DNA from: Eledone cirrhosa
Taxonomy: Eukaryota
DNA length: 64,000 bases
NCBI GenBank assembly: GCA_964016885.1
Contig: OZ024741.1
Span: 62,806,001-62,870,000, forward strand
Reading direction: 5' to 3'
Numbering within the stretch: the stretch's first letter is position 1; each line of letters begins with the position of its first letter. Under the pieces are notes generated by a model. The model worked only from the letters and a program-made list of their open reading frames with translations, was not told the origin of the DNA and ran no database searches. Below, in pieces: positions 32,700 through 47,001 of this stretch. The position numbers and the translations under genes were made by a program.

Positions 32700-32960
32700 C
32701 CTATCCGTTGTCATCAACAACGCGTTCATCAACTTCCTCGGCCAAACCTTCAAAGAGATTTTGTAACTACCCATGTGATCCAGCCTGCTATATATGGATC
32801 GACTTGAACGCAGGATGCTCAAAAGCTGTGATTCCTGTGCCTTCTTCACGAAATATGTGGACGTAATTGTCACATCTTCCCGCGAGGCGGCCACAAGGAA
32901 ATCCTAGTCGTTCAACAACACGGACAAACATCAAATGTAGTATAGAGTATGCTTCCGATA
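32700..32960 (+). pseudogene. Degenerate YVDD-type PLE RT fragment
   Basis: Manual translation YMDRLERRMLKSC..AFFTKYVDVIVTSS...FNNTDK matches YMDNLERKAL..AFFSRYVDDILILTSS..FNNTDE of the 20.4-21.1 kb copy. Confidence 0.75.
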
Positions 32961-33580
32961 CTATACTTCTCATCCTTTTCGACTTTCTACTGAACCTTAC
33001 GCAAGCGTTAAAACCACTGTCGACCACTACAAATCTGTTCTTCCCAATAGTGTCAAAAGTGGCCCATCGAAAACGAAGTCATGCGCATTCAATTTTTAAA
33101 TAGTTTACAGATGGTATATATGACAGTTTTAAGTAGAACGGAGGAAATTGAATTGCCACTTATTTGTTGCACGTGTTCAGCGGGTTGTAGGAAATTGAAA
33201 CTTGTCTTTTAGTAAGTTTGTTTATATAGCAGTAGATTTAAAACAATATATTGTTTAGTATATGACCGTAAGTCTGAAGATATCAGTTGCTTCTAAACGT
33301 TACAGGCTATTTGCTCAGTTTGTTGCAAGTAAATAATTTTCTTTCTTCATTCATACTAATTCGTAGGCACTAGTATTAATTGGGAATGTATATGATATGT
33401 AACGCGCATTCCCCATTTAGTCCCATGGTCTAATATTTTACTACACACACACATGCACGGACAGACACACACACACATACATATATATATATGCGTATGG
33501 ACGAGTTGGTAGCAACGATAAGCTGTGTGAGGTAGGTCTCATTATCAGGTACAGTTATGGACTTAAGCGACATCAATAAT

Positions 33581-33764
33581 TGTTTCTACTTTTGGCACAA
33601 GGCCATCAATTACCCAGTGTATTACTGGTACTTTATTTTATCGACCCCGTAAGGATGAAAGGCAAAGTTAACCTCGGTGGGATTTGAACTCAGACCGCAA
33701 AGGGACGTAACTATGCTGGAAAGCATGGCGTCCGACCCTCTACCGATACTGCCAAGCCACCACG
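33581..33764 (-). mobile_element. SINE with 19-bp TSD
   Basis: 4241 family; CTTAAGCGACATCAATAAT at 33562-33580 and 33765-33783. Confidence 0.87.
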
Positions 33765-34134
33765 CTTAAGCGACATCAATAATGGCTACTTCTCCAGCAT
33801 TTTTTAAACTAGTGTATAGAGCTCAACTAATAGAAACACAATATCGAAGAAAAGACATATAAGAGTAGAAGAGAAGGAACTATGATATAATATATTACAT
33901 GCCTATAGCAGAAGTAAAGTGTGCTCAATGCTTAGAGATGCAATGTTAAATATTATAGTAAGGTTAATATTTAATGAGAGTTAAGCGCAGAAGGTAACCA
34001 GAGCAGGTATAAGCAAAAGTAAATGGAGTTGAAGGCGATACATTTTAAAACAAAATTTACACATTACACAGCATTTCATCTAAGGCAAAATGGCAATATA
34101 ACAGGTCTACACATATGTGCGTATGCATACATAT

Positions 34135-34260
34135 TGGTTTCTTATATAGGCACAAGGCCAGTGATTTTGGGGGAGGGGAAAGTCGATTAAATCGACCCAA
34201 GTGCGTGACTGGTACTTTATTTTATGGACCCCATGAGGATGAAAGGCAAAGTTAACCCGG
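34135..34260 (-). mobile_element. SINE 3' fragment (4241 family)
   Basis: GGCACAAGGCCAGT...GGTACTTTATTTTAT...GGATGAAAGGCAAAGTTAACC. Confidence 0.75.
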
Positions 34261-35063
34261 TGCGTATGCATATATATTATTATAAAGATTATGTGCTTAG
34301 AATCTTCAGCGAATACACTATTGTCTTTAATGATGTTGCTGGAGTGCAGTCTATACAAAAGCAAACACATTTTACCATTACTAGAATAATTATTCTTTAA
34401 GGGGAATACTCAGAAGCAAGTATACTTCGGAGTTAATCCGAATAATTTTAAATGAGGACTGACTAATAAATCTAAAATGGCGCTTACAAAAGGGCATAAT
34501 TATCTATATACGAATATATATATACGAATATATATATACGAATGTGTATGTGTGTGTTGTTGTGTGAATATGTGCGTCGTTCCTTCTCAGTCAAAGAAGT
34601 AAATCATTATACCTAAGGTGATATCAATAAGAATGCAGGATGAGAAGGCTGAGAATGAATAATGTTGTTTTCTTTTGACCAGAGCACAATAAAATGTTTT
34701 GCAGAAACGGAGTTAGAATTATATATATACAAGTAATTGAATTTACTCAAGCAGTATTAATCTTTGGTTTAGATAAATTTAGATTTTTTCAGATGGACAC
34801 TTATACTAAGATCAAGTTATAGAATATAGGAGCCCGGTTTCTAAATTAAAGATTCTGAATACATAAAAAGACACTGAAGACACTAAAAGGTAACACGCTA
34901 TTAAAATGATGTTATGATCCGAATGTATATAATACGAGTGCCTTTCATTACTTCGAGAAAATCTATAACACAAAGTTATAACATTAATCAATACTATCAA
35001 GGCTCCATTCTCTCTTTATCTCCCATCTGCCTCTCACAAAATAATCACTCATACATATAAAGA

Positions 35064-35124
<61 letters not shown>

Positions 35125-35127
35125 CAT

Positions 35128-35212
<85 letters not shown>

Positions 35213-35217
35213 TAAAT

Positions 35218-35312
<95 letters not shown>

Positions 35313-35630
35313 CAACTTTTTAAATGGAAGTTGCATTATTCTAAGGTATGTCAAAATTATTTATAAAACAGCTTATATATTGTATTTTGTCTGAGGAAGG
35401 CATACCATATTTTTAATATGATATCCCAGAAATACATATAACGAAATAAATATGGTTTTATAAATATAGTTTCCATTTGTTTAATATCGTAAACCTACTC
35501 CAAAAACTGTTGAGTGCTTTTATATCAGTTATAAAATATTTACTCGTTGTAACACAACAATTTTAAATAAAACTTTTGCATATATTTTGCTCCAATACCG
35601 TTGAGCGCTTTATATTATAACTGAAAAAAA

Positions 35631-37843
35631 ATGGAATTCTTTAAGATCTCTTCTTCTCTAAAAGACATACCTCTACCTAGAAACAAGGACTTTATTAAAC
35701 AACTAATAGATAAATCAGACTCTTTTATAAGGAGAATCAGGTGGCGTGCATTCCACTTTGATAAATCTAATTTAAATGAAAATGTCTCAGACCTAGACAA
35801 AGTCTTCAAATCTAAAAAAAATCCACCCCCCAACAAACTTTTAACTGATTTTGAAAACGATATAATTTCTATCATACAAGGAGTCAAATTCAAAAGAAAC
35901 TTCAATGGCCAGGAATATCTGAAAAGCATTAAGGATAATATTGTGAGCTTAGAGAGAACAGAGAAGATCTTGGTGAAATCGGACAAAACCAACAACCTCT
36001 ATGGAGTGGAAAAAGACATGTATAATGGCCTCATACTGAAAGAACTAAGGAAAAAGTACAAGGTAGCAGATAAGGCTGAACTTGAGAAAATGAATGTTGA
36101 GGCATCTTGTATAATGTATGAGTTGGAAATTGAGAACAAAACACAACCTTTCGTGCCCAGGAAACCCAAGATCAATATGAAAGATCACAAGAGAAATTTT
36201 GAAAATGACTTGCCAGTCAGGTTGATTGCACCATCAAAATCTGACCTGGGTAAACTTAGCAAGAACATTCTAGACAGGATGATACAGAAAATTAAGGACT
36301 TGAATTGTTTACCTGGCTTGACCTTGTGGAAGGGAACTGGGGAGGTCATTGAGTGGTTTAATGAAATTAAATATAACAATAATAATAAATTTATTCAACT
36401 AGATATTGCTAACTACTATTCATCCATTACCCCTAATCTACTAAATAAGGCACTAAATTACGCATTAAAACATACAGACCTAACTAGCAATGAAATGCAC
36501 ATTATATTATCGGCTAGGAAAACATTGATAGAATTTAATAACCAACTATGGACTAGGGCAGATAGAGATAATAATTTCGACATTACTATGGGATCATCAG
36601 ACTCAGCTCAGGTAACGGACCTTGTGGGCCTATTTATAATTAATTCGCTGCATAGGAAAATACTCGGTGTTACCGGAGGTTTATATAGAGATGACATGCT
36701 TTTACTTATTGAAAATAATAACTCTGAACTAAATAGAAAAAGAAAACAAATTATACAATTTTTTAATTACCTTAATCTAAAAATAGAAATTGAGAATAAC
36801 CATAGAATAGTCAATTTCCTAGACGTAACATTAAATCTCAACACATGTCTTCACTATCCATTTCACAAGTTAAATGAAAACTTGAATTTTGTCAATTTTA
36901 GCTCCAGATCTGTCAAAAATACTATAGTGAACTCTGTTCAAAAACGTATCTCTCGAATCTCTTCCAATAAAAATATTTTTGACGAAAAAGCCCAGTATTA
37001 TAATGAAGCGTTAGCTAGAGCAGGATATAGTGATAAAATTATGTACATCGATAATAGACAAACTAACCAAAATAACAACAATTTTAATTACAGTAACAAC
37101 TTTAACAACTATAATAGAAAGCACTACAATAATTCCAAAAACCAGAAAAGAAATAGAACTAGAAATATAATATGGTTTCCCCCCCCCCTTTCTCACTAAA
37201 CATTAAAACCCACATCGCTAAACTATTTTTTAATGCTCTTGACAAACGCTTCCCTAGAACACATAACAATCACTCAATTTTCAATAGACATACTATAAAA
37301 TTAACATACTCGTCCACCAAAAATTTAGCACAAAATATTAATAGAATAAATAATAGGAATCTAAAACCTAGCCAAAATACCGAAAATAGCCTAAACAATA
37401 TTCAAGTAAACAACTGTAACTGTAGAGATAGATCTAAATGTCCGCTAAATAACAATTGCTTAGTTAAAAAAATAATATACAACTGTAATGTTAAAACTGA
37501 CTTAAATTCTTTTAATTATGTTGGTTCCACCTCGACAGAATTTAAACTTCGCTATAATAATCACAAAAATTCTTTCACGAATCCAAATAAAAAATCTTCA
37601 ACATCACTATCAGGCTTACTCTGGCAACTTAAACATGATAAAGTTGGATATTCGATGGTTTGGAATATAGTCTCAAAAGGCATTCCTTTTAATTCCTCTT
37701 CTGAGACATGTGACCTCTGCGCGGAGGAGATATTCTTTATACTAAAATCTAAAAATTCCCTTAATTTACGAACCAATTTATTCAGCTGCTGCAGACATAG
37801 ATTGAACTCAACTTTTAAATATAATTATAAATTTAAAATGTAG
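35631..37843 (+). CDS. PLE RT/GIY-YIG polyprotein (Naiad-like), about 737 aa, single frameshift in the C10 run at 37179-37188
   Basis: SLKDIP..RIRWRA, KSDKT, KDHK, QLDIANYYSSI, MGSSDSAQVTDLVG, LYRDD, NFLDVTL, CNCR..CPL..C, IIY..YVG, CDLC..E, CRH. Confidence 0.92.
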
Positions 37844-39121
37844 TATAAAATGTAGTATATTTACTTAAGATATTTAACTATTTATGAAACTTGGCGATAA
37901 ATCTTTCGATTCCTTCAATTTTTTTAAAACCTTTCTGCATGAATATATAATTAGTGAGATTAATTAAACTACCCTAAAATTGGCGATGTTCCCAATCTTT
38001 TGAATAAATTTTTAAGCTAGATAAACTTCTATAATAAATATAAGAGCATTTGTAGAATAAGTTTTGAATGATTTCTGCTAAATAAGGTTTGTTGAACAAT
38101 TTTGGTTATTGTTTGATTTTGATTCTGATTTCTTCTAATGAACTTGACAACATATTGTCAAATAAATTGGAAGGGTGGTTTTATGAGACTGATATGCGTG
38201 GCATACTATGTTCTCTTACGTCCCTAGATACTCTGTGGAGTGACGAAGATATTCTTGGCGTTTTTAATTTTTAATATTGATATCTGTTGTCTAATTTTTA
38301 ATATTGATATCTGTTGTCTAGTCTATGCTTGATCGATAGTCATGTAAGTGAGGGCAGGAATATTACTATAAATGTTAATGTATATTTTATGTCTATATAT
38401 ATATATGTATGTACATATATGTATGGTGGAATCTTTTGTAACACAATGAAGATTTTCATGAAAAATAAGAATCTGCGGAGCATATCACGTAAGTTCACAT
38501 GTGTGTCTTTAATTATCAACTTGAATTTGAGATAACCTTCTCTTTTCTCTTTTTTCTTTTTTCATGAGAATGCATATATACTTATGTTTGAAGTTTTGTC
38601 TCAGATTTTGCTTATAGACCTAAGAATTTTTAAACTAAGCATGGGGTCATTTTTTTCACACATTATGGATATGTGTCTCATTCATGAATATTGATATTTA
38701 CATTATAATACCTAATTCATAAAAATTGATAATTCAAATGGATGAGACATAATATATTATAAATATATCATCTTTCTTTCTTTTTCTCCTCTACACTGGA
38801 CGTGATTTATGTGTCGGCTATTTTAACTGTATCCCTTCCCTCCTTAACCTCTCACTTGTACGATGATCATCTGTCCCCAAGCTGCCTACTATTTTTTCAC
38901 TTCCTCAATATATTTCTCTCTCCCATATCTCCTTCTCTCTCTATCTCGCTCTGTTGTTTTTCTTTACATACATCTCTTCATCTTCTTTTTATCTTCGTTT
39001 TTCTTCGTCTTTCTTTCTCTATAACTGTCCTCAACAGTTTCACTACCAAATCAACTTTTTAAATGGAAGTTGCATTATTCTAAGGTATGTCAAAATTATT
39101 TATAAAACAGCTTATATATTG

Positions 39122-39187
39122 TATTTTGTCTGAGGAAGGCATACCATATTTTTAATATGATATCCCAGAAATATATATAACGAAATA
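39122..39187 (+). ncRNA. Type-I hammerhead in the 3' pLTR
   Basis: TATTTTGT-CTGAGGA-AGGCATACCATATT(TTT)AATATGATATCCCA-GAA-ATATATAT-A-ACGAAATA. Confidence 0.72.
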
Positions 39188-39332
39188 AATATGGTTTTAT
39201 AAATATAGTTTCCATTTGTTTAATATCGTAAACCTACTCCAAAAACTGTTGAGTGCTTTTATATCAGTTATAAAATATTTACTCGTTGTAACCCAACAAT
39301 TTTAAATAAAACTTTTGCATATATATATATAT

Positions 39333-39502
<170 letters not shown>

Positions 39503-39906
39503 GCATATAGGTATACATACGTTCATATATATATATGGGGGGGGGGGGGTTGCGTGTGTATGCACAGTTATCTATATAATATAATTCAAATTTTGCATGC
39601 TTGTCTAGAAAAAAGGTCACCATTTCTCAAAAATCATTACAAAACTCGGCAGACAGATCGGAATCTACCCAGCAAATAGTCAATGAGATATAGAGATTTT
39701 TTTTTATATACAAAGTCATATAGGAAGAAGAATGGTTCCTGTGGAGTGGTAGTGGCTGCGAAAGAGAAGAATAGGTGGGAGTGAATTAAACGTTAATTTC
39801 AGCATGACATTTCGTTTCAACTCAACTTTTCTCTCTGTTTCGACCTATTTCTTCCAACCCTGCCCTTTACCTTAAATATACACAAACAATCACCATAGAC
39901 AGCAAC

Positions 39907-40001
<95 letters not shown>

Positions 40002-40022
40002 GTATGTATATATATATGTGTG

Positions 40023-40084
<62 letters not shown>

Positions 40085-40087
<3 letters not shown>

Positions 40088-40445
40088 TAAAAAAGAAAAC
40101 AATGACTTCACTTGTAGTTCTAACCAATTTAATTTAATTGTATATTATAATTTCACAATTTGTTTTGGTAGATCTAATACGTTCTTTGGTGGAGAGATTT
40201 TTTTAAGGATTGTTGTTTAACTTTCCTGGATAACTTTTTTGCATTCGTCGACGACTGTGAGGAAAGTTCTCCAGGAAAGTTAACCAAGAATTTTTGAAAA
40301 ATCTCCCCACCGAAGTTAACAACGAACTTACTAGATCTACCAAACCAAATTGTAAAATTATGATATAATAAAATAAAATAAAATTGTTTAGAACTGAACT
40401 ACAGAACTACAAGTGAAGTCATTATTTTCCTTTTTTTTAAATATA
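40085..40445. repeat. Older degenerate fold-back element
   Basis: AATGACTTCACTTGTAGTTCT...GGTAGATCTA...CTTTCCTGGA mirrored around about 40250. Confidence 0.65.
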
Positions 40446-40496
40446 CCTAACTGCACCAAGGATTTCACAAATTTTCCAATATATATATATATATAT

Positions 40497-42150
40497 ATAT
40501 AAAAGTTTACATATATATATACATACATATACATACATATACATACATATACATACATATACATACATATACATACATATACGTGTTTTGCAACCGGCCA
40601 ATTTGTGGCTCAATGAAAAATTAATAAATTAAACAATCAGAGCTATATATCATAAAACATGTCTATAGAATCACAAGATAAAATATATACTATTTCCTCT
40701 CCCAATTAGCATAATTAACTATATAAAAAATCGAATAGACCAGGCTATAAGAATGAGACTTCTATGAAGGAATCTCCGACAAATAGCCGAAACTAGCGCT
40801 TCGCGTCGGCCGTAGCGAAATATTTATCGAATATTTCGACAGCGTAATCGCCTAGATACAGTCAACTAAACAGAATTAGGTTTAAAATAAACTAGGAGAA
40901 AATAGAATACATTTAAAGACCTCTACCATGGTTTCGTCCGTGTTTTGAGTTTTCAAATAATTATGTAATAATTATGTAAACTCGAGCGCCGGATTCTTCA
41001 GGAAGCTCGCTCATATCTAGACACTAAATTTCCCAAAGCGATCGCGCCAAGAATTCATTTCAAAATGGCTAAAAATCGTGACGTAGTCGCGGTCAAGTTG
41101 GAAGGGGTGTGGTAGTTGCTTACGATTGGTGGCATTTTTGCTAGAAAGCACAGCACAATACAGCCAAATTTGTATCTCAACCTAGTGGGAGATTATTACA
41201 TATAAAAGTTTACATATATATATATATACATACATATACATATACGTATTTTGCAACCGGTGACTTTGTGGCTCAATGAAAAATTAATAAATTAAACAAT
41301 CAGAGCTATATATCATAAAACATGTCTATAGAATCACAAGATAAAATATATACTATTTCCTCTCCAAATTAGCATAATTAACTATATAAAAAATCGAATA
41401 GACCAGGCTATAAGAATGAGGCTTCTATGAAGGAATCTCCGACAAATAACCGAAACTAGCGCTTCGCGTCGGCCGTAGCGGAATATTTATCGAATATTTC
41501 GACGGCGTAATCGCCTAGATACAGTCAACTAAACAGAATTAGGTTTAAAATAAACTAGGAGAAAATAGAATACATTTAAATACCTCTACCATGGTTTCGT
41601 CCGTGTTTTGAGTTTTCAAATAATTATGTAATAATTATGTAAACTCGAGCGCCGGATTCTTCAGGAAGCTCGCTCATATCTAGACACTAAATTTTCCAAA
41701 GCGATCGCGCCAAGAATTCATTTCAAAATGGCTAAAAATCGTGACGTAGTCGCGGTCAAGTTGGAAGGGGTGTGGTAGTTGCTTACGACTGGTGGCATTT
41801 TTGCTAGAAAGCACAGCACAATACAGCCAAATTTGTATCTCAACCTAATGGGAGATTATTACATATGTCGGCGATTACGCTGTCGAAATATTCGATAAAT
41901 ATTCCGCTACGGCCGACGCGAAGCGCTAGTTTCGGTTATTTGTCGGAGATTCCTTCATAGAAGCCTCATTCTTATAGCCTGGTCTATTCGATTTTTTATA
42001 TAGTTAATTATGCTAATTGGGAGAGGAAATAGTATATATTTTATCTTGTGATTCTATAGACATGTTTTATGATATATAGCTCTGATTGTTTAATTTATTA
42101 ATTTTTCATTGAGCCACAAAGTGACCGGTTGCAAAACACGTATATGTTTT
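40497..42150 (-). repeat. Non-coding tandem pair (period about 663 bp) with HHRs, plus an inverted partial copy (41866-42150)
   Basis: HHRs at 40920-41005 and 41583-41668 on minus: CTTC-CTGAAGA-ATCCGG...CGGAC-GAA-ACCATGGT-A-GAGG. Diverged relative at 55795-56050. Confidence 0.85.
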
Positions 42151-42305
42151 ATGATATATATATATATATATTCATTAGTTAAGCAAAACAAGACCACAAA
42201 TTTCACAAGGAGGAAGACATTATTAAAAGATTGTCAACATATTTTAGTTTGATGTAAGGAATGTAGAGAATAATAATAATAATAATATTAATAATAATAA
42301 CGTTC

Positions 42306-42425
42306 GTTTACAATTGTTTCGCTACTCCATATAATATTTCTGGATCAGATGACTATATATCATAATTGATCTAGTTCAGTTGAAAATAATTAACATATTT
42401 AAAAGACAGAGCGGCTCATCGGAAC
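42306..42425 (-). ncRNA. Degenerate long-helix-II hammerhead (CCGATGA core)
   Basis: GTT-CCGATGA-GCCGCTC...GAGTAGC (about 95 nt)-GAA-ACAATTGT-A-AAC. Confidence 0.55.
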
Positions 42426-42612
42426 TTCAAAGGAATATAAATTAAAATAATGAGAGAATGCGCACCTAACTCCTCCATTAACCCAGCCACCTAGCTGCTT
42501 TCTACTGCATATTGCACATTGAGCACATGCCTTTACGCTTTGGCTTCTAACTAATTCACCAATCTCTCCTCTCCTATCTCCATCTCTCTCTTTAAGATTG
42601 GTTACTCTTGAA

Positions 42613-42763
<151 letters not shown>

Positions 42764-42924
42764 TGTGTGTGTATGTATATATATATATAAATGAATTTGT
42801 GTTCATGTGTGTGTGTGTGCATATGTATGTTGAAATATCTCTAGGTGTGAAAAAGGAAAAAGGGAAAGAATGCTCAATAGAGTAGAGAGCAGATATATTA
42901 TATTGTTTATTCATGTCCACACAT

Positions 42925-43010
42925 AAAACAAAAGCGCTACCTAAAGTTTCCAGGCCCATTAGGTACCAGGTCAATAATTGGGCCTTGAAACCTTAGGTAG
43001 CGCTTTTGTT
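42925..43010. repeat. Small fold-back pLTR remnant with the 3' half of an HHR
   Basis: GAA-ACCTTAGGT-A-GCGC mirrored on both strands around about 42968. Confidence 0.55.
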
Positions 43011-43149
43011 CCATGGATGAACATAAATGAATTAAATATATATTTATATATATTTATATACATGACAGTCGATTGACTTTCGTCAAATCGGACCGAGGAA
43101 ACAATGTTTCCATTGTCTTTCCAATTGCTAATACTATCTATCGGTCGCA

Positions 43150-43282
43150 ACTCCAGATAGAAGGAGCAACGTGAAATAAAGTGCCTTGCCCAAGGACATA
43201 ACGCATCGCCTGGTCCAGGAATCGAACTCACAACCTGACGATTGAGAGTTCAATTCTCTTACCACTCAGCCACGCGCCTTCA
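43150..43282 (-). mobile_element. 5' portion of a second tRNA-head SINE family lying between inverted arms (43062-43113 and 43288-43342)
   Basis: Minus strand GGCGCGTGGCTGAGTGGTAAG (A box), GAGTTCGATTCC (B box), CCTTGGGCAAGGCACTT. Confidence 0.78.
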
Positions 43283-43379
43283 CTAGACCAATGGAAACAT
43301 TGTTTCCTCGGTCCGATTTGACGAAAGTCAATCGACTGTCATTTATATACATACATATATATATATATATATAATATAT

Positions 43380-43411
<32 letters not shown>

Positions 43412-45334
43412 ATTATATATATACGTGTGTGTTTGTGTGTATGTGTGCTTGTGTGCGTGTGTGTAGGCATGTGTGTATATATATATATATTTCTACGTCT
43501 TTGTATTTGTTTTGTAAAAATATTGTTGATCTAAAAATGTGTGTTGTAATAGATATTGTTATACTCTGGGACGCTCATGCTGCCAATGAAAATGCAGGAC
43601 CAATTGAATTTTACTTTAAATTACTATTATAATTCTCCGTCAGTTTAATATGCGGATGGTTGTTGGTTGTTGTTTGCCAAAGGTCTTTCATTACTCATTA
43701 TGTGACCTCACCAGTGACTACTTTTGTTACTTTGTGTCTTTTCGATGTTCTCTTTTACACCATCTTGTCTTTGTGTGTTGTGTACCTGGAATGTGCATGA
43801 GTTACAACCGGATGTGTGTGTAATTCTATTCACATTTTTCTCTTTTCCTCTCTTTCCTACTTAGTTAATTTTTATCTGGATTTTTATATTCTATGTTTGT
43901 GTGTGTTTGTGTGTGTGTGTGTGTGTGTATGTGTGTGTGGTGAGAGTCTGTCTATTTATATTGTTAGTTTTGTTGTTGTGTGTTTTTACATTGTTCTTGG
44001 TCACTATGCTGTTTTCTATTTAATTTTGTTCGAAGTTCATTTATGTTTGTAGTTTGTGTAATCTGCCAGAACGTTGCGTCTGTTCTGTATGTAGATATAA
44101 TGTTTACCTCAATGTACTCTAGTGAGCGCTCATGTTCGACTCTGGCACATTGATGGAGTAGCGATGTGTTTTTTTCGTTTTTGTGTTTTCGGCATCGTAA
44201 TATCAAACATTACAAACTATTAACGGAATATAATGTAAAATAAAACATATTATAAACTATAAATCATATGCCATAATATATAAAACATAACACATGATGA
44301 ATAATGCCTGAATTATATATTATAATAAAAACTTGGAAAAAGACCATATGCTAATGTAGATGAACGTCCATTGGCTTGCCCATCTTTCGCATCATGTAAT
44401 TCGCATTACGACACAAATGTCGTAATATGGTGAAACACAATATATAATAGAATGCAATGCATTTGTAAGGTAACTGATATAAGGATATCATGTCGATTTA
44501 CCGAGATATTAAATATGCCCAATTGGGTCGATGCCGTGAGTTTAAGCAGATCACCTCGGCCGAGGGTGGTGGTTCCTCCGATCACATAACTCGGTATCAA
44601 TCTAATTATTAGTATTCAAATGTTGTACATTATTTGACGTCGAATGTATTGTCATATAATTTCTTTTCCTTTATACTCTCAGTCTTTTCCTTTATACTCT
44701 CAGATATATTATGACTGAAAAAAAAAATCTATTCTTTGTTGCGGATGGAAATCAGAACTGAATTGAGGATAAACAAAACGACGAAGAAGAAGAAGAAGAA
44801 GAAGAAGAAGAAGAAGAAGAAGAAGAAGAAGAAGAAGAAGAAGAAGAAGAAGAAGAAGAAGAAGAAGAAGAAGAAGAAGAAGAAGAAGAAGATAGTTAAC
44901 ATTTCAAAATATTGTAATTTTGAATCTTTCTTTTTAAAGCAGTTTTTATTTTGTGTTCATGTATATAATATGTACATGTATACAATGTGTACATGTATAT
45001 AATGTGTACATGTATATAATGTGTACATGTATATAATCATTCATCAGCAATGTAAAAAATGATTTGAAAAAAAAACATTGTAATCTGAGAGCATAAGAGT
45101 TCGTCTGCGTTCGTTGACTTCATTACTATAAGATATTTCACCATCAAAGCTAGATAAGTCAAATGTATTATCCGGCAGGCAAATGATCAGATGCATCAAT
45201 GCCGGGATGAAAGCCTTTCAAGAAAGAATTTGTACAAAATCGGTTGTTGATGAGATAAAAGTAAAATAGGATACAAAGATTATCTTCTATATTTTTTACA
45301 TTCATATACTAAGTTGTACACAGATACATACACA

Positions 45335-45895
<561 letters not shown>

Positions 45896-46460
45896 ATATA
45901 TATATATATATATATACAATACAAAGAAATACACAGACACATGCGAATACATACATATACATGCATATACCCACATATATCCCTGAATTTGTGTGGTGCC
46001 AACCTTAACTAAGCCTCTTGCAACCAAGAGAAAAATACCACAAAAGGCGGAGAATCTTAATCGCGTCCTACGGACGTGTTTTGAAACTCTAAATGAGGTA
46101 TCCTCTTGATCAGTCGGCAAACCTCACAAAAGTACTGCATCTCTATGATGTAATGTTTTTGCATAATAGCCACGAAACTACGTAGTCGAGGATAATGAAG
46201 GAATTTAGGTATATTATATCTTTTTATTTATATCTAATGTTTCTTCTTTCTTTATAATGTATTATATAATTCTGATATTGAATCAATCTAATCCATTCAG
46301 ATTATTTTGTCCCTATTATTCATGGAATCTATAACCTATGGAAGGCAGAATATTCTGCCTTCCATAAGTTATAGATTCCATACACTGGTGGTTTTTCCCT
46401 GTTTTATTGATGGCGCACTGTATCTCTCTCTAGTGGGTTACCTTTTCATATATATTACCT

Positions 46461-46517
<57 letters not shown>

Positions 46518-46574
46518 TAGATAGATTGATAGATAAATTAACACGGGTGTGTATGATTGTGTATAGAAGATTAT

Positions 46575-46949
46575 GTTAATAAAAGGAATTCCAACTTTGT
46601 CTGATTTACTCGTTTTATTTACAATCCCTTAATATTTATAATGGTATTAGAATGAAATAGTATGGTAGAATATTAAATGTACAGTGTTAATTGAACAAGT
46701 ACTTTCATGCTTTCGCAATCTTCAGGTTCATAATGTGTGGTGACAGTCAAATTTGCAATTTTCAACTGTGAAAATTACAAACTTGACTGTCACCACACAG
46801 TATGAACCTGAAGACTGCGAAAGCATGAAAGTACTTGTTCAATTAACACATAACATTTAATATTCTACCATGCTATTTAATTCTAATACCATTATATATT
46901 TTAAAGGATTGTAAATAAAACGAGTAAATCAGACAAAGTTGGAATTCCT

Positions 46950-46955
<6 letters not shown>
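46575..46955. mobile_element. Fold-back mini-element with HHRs at 46693-46729(-) and 46804-46840(+)
   Basis: GAAC-CTGAAGA-(C/T)TGC(GAAA)GCAT-GAA-AGTACT-T-GTTC; arms centred near 46766. Confidence 0.82.

Positions 46956-47001
<46 letters not shown>

Larger units (their letters stand above)
35311..39321 (+). mobile_element. Full-length PLE with direct pLTRs (35311-35582 and 39050-39321) in a (TA)n target
   Basis: Near-identical direct repeats of about 272 bp, each with an HHR (35383-35448, 39122-39187); (TA)n on both sides. Confidence 0.92.

Noticed and set aside
43150-43282. tRNA gene
   Set aside because: The A and B boxes run directly into SINE body sequence; no clean cloverleaf or terminator.
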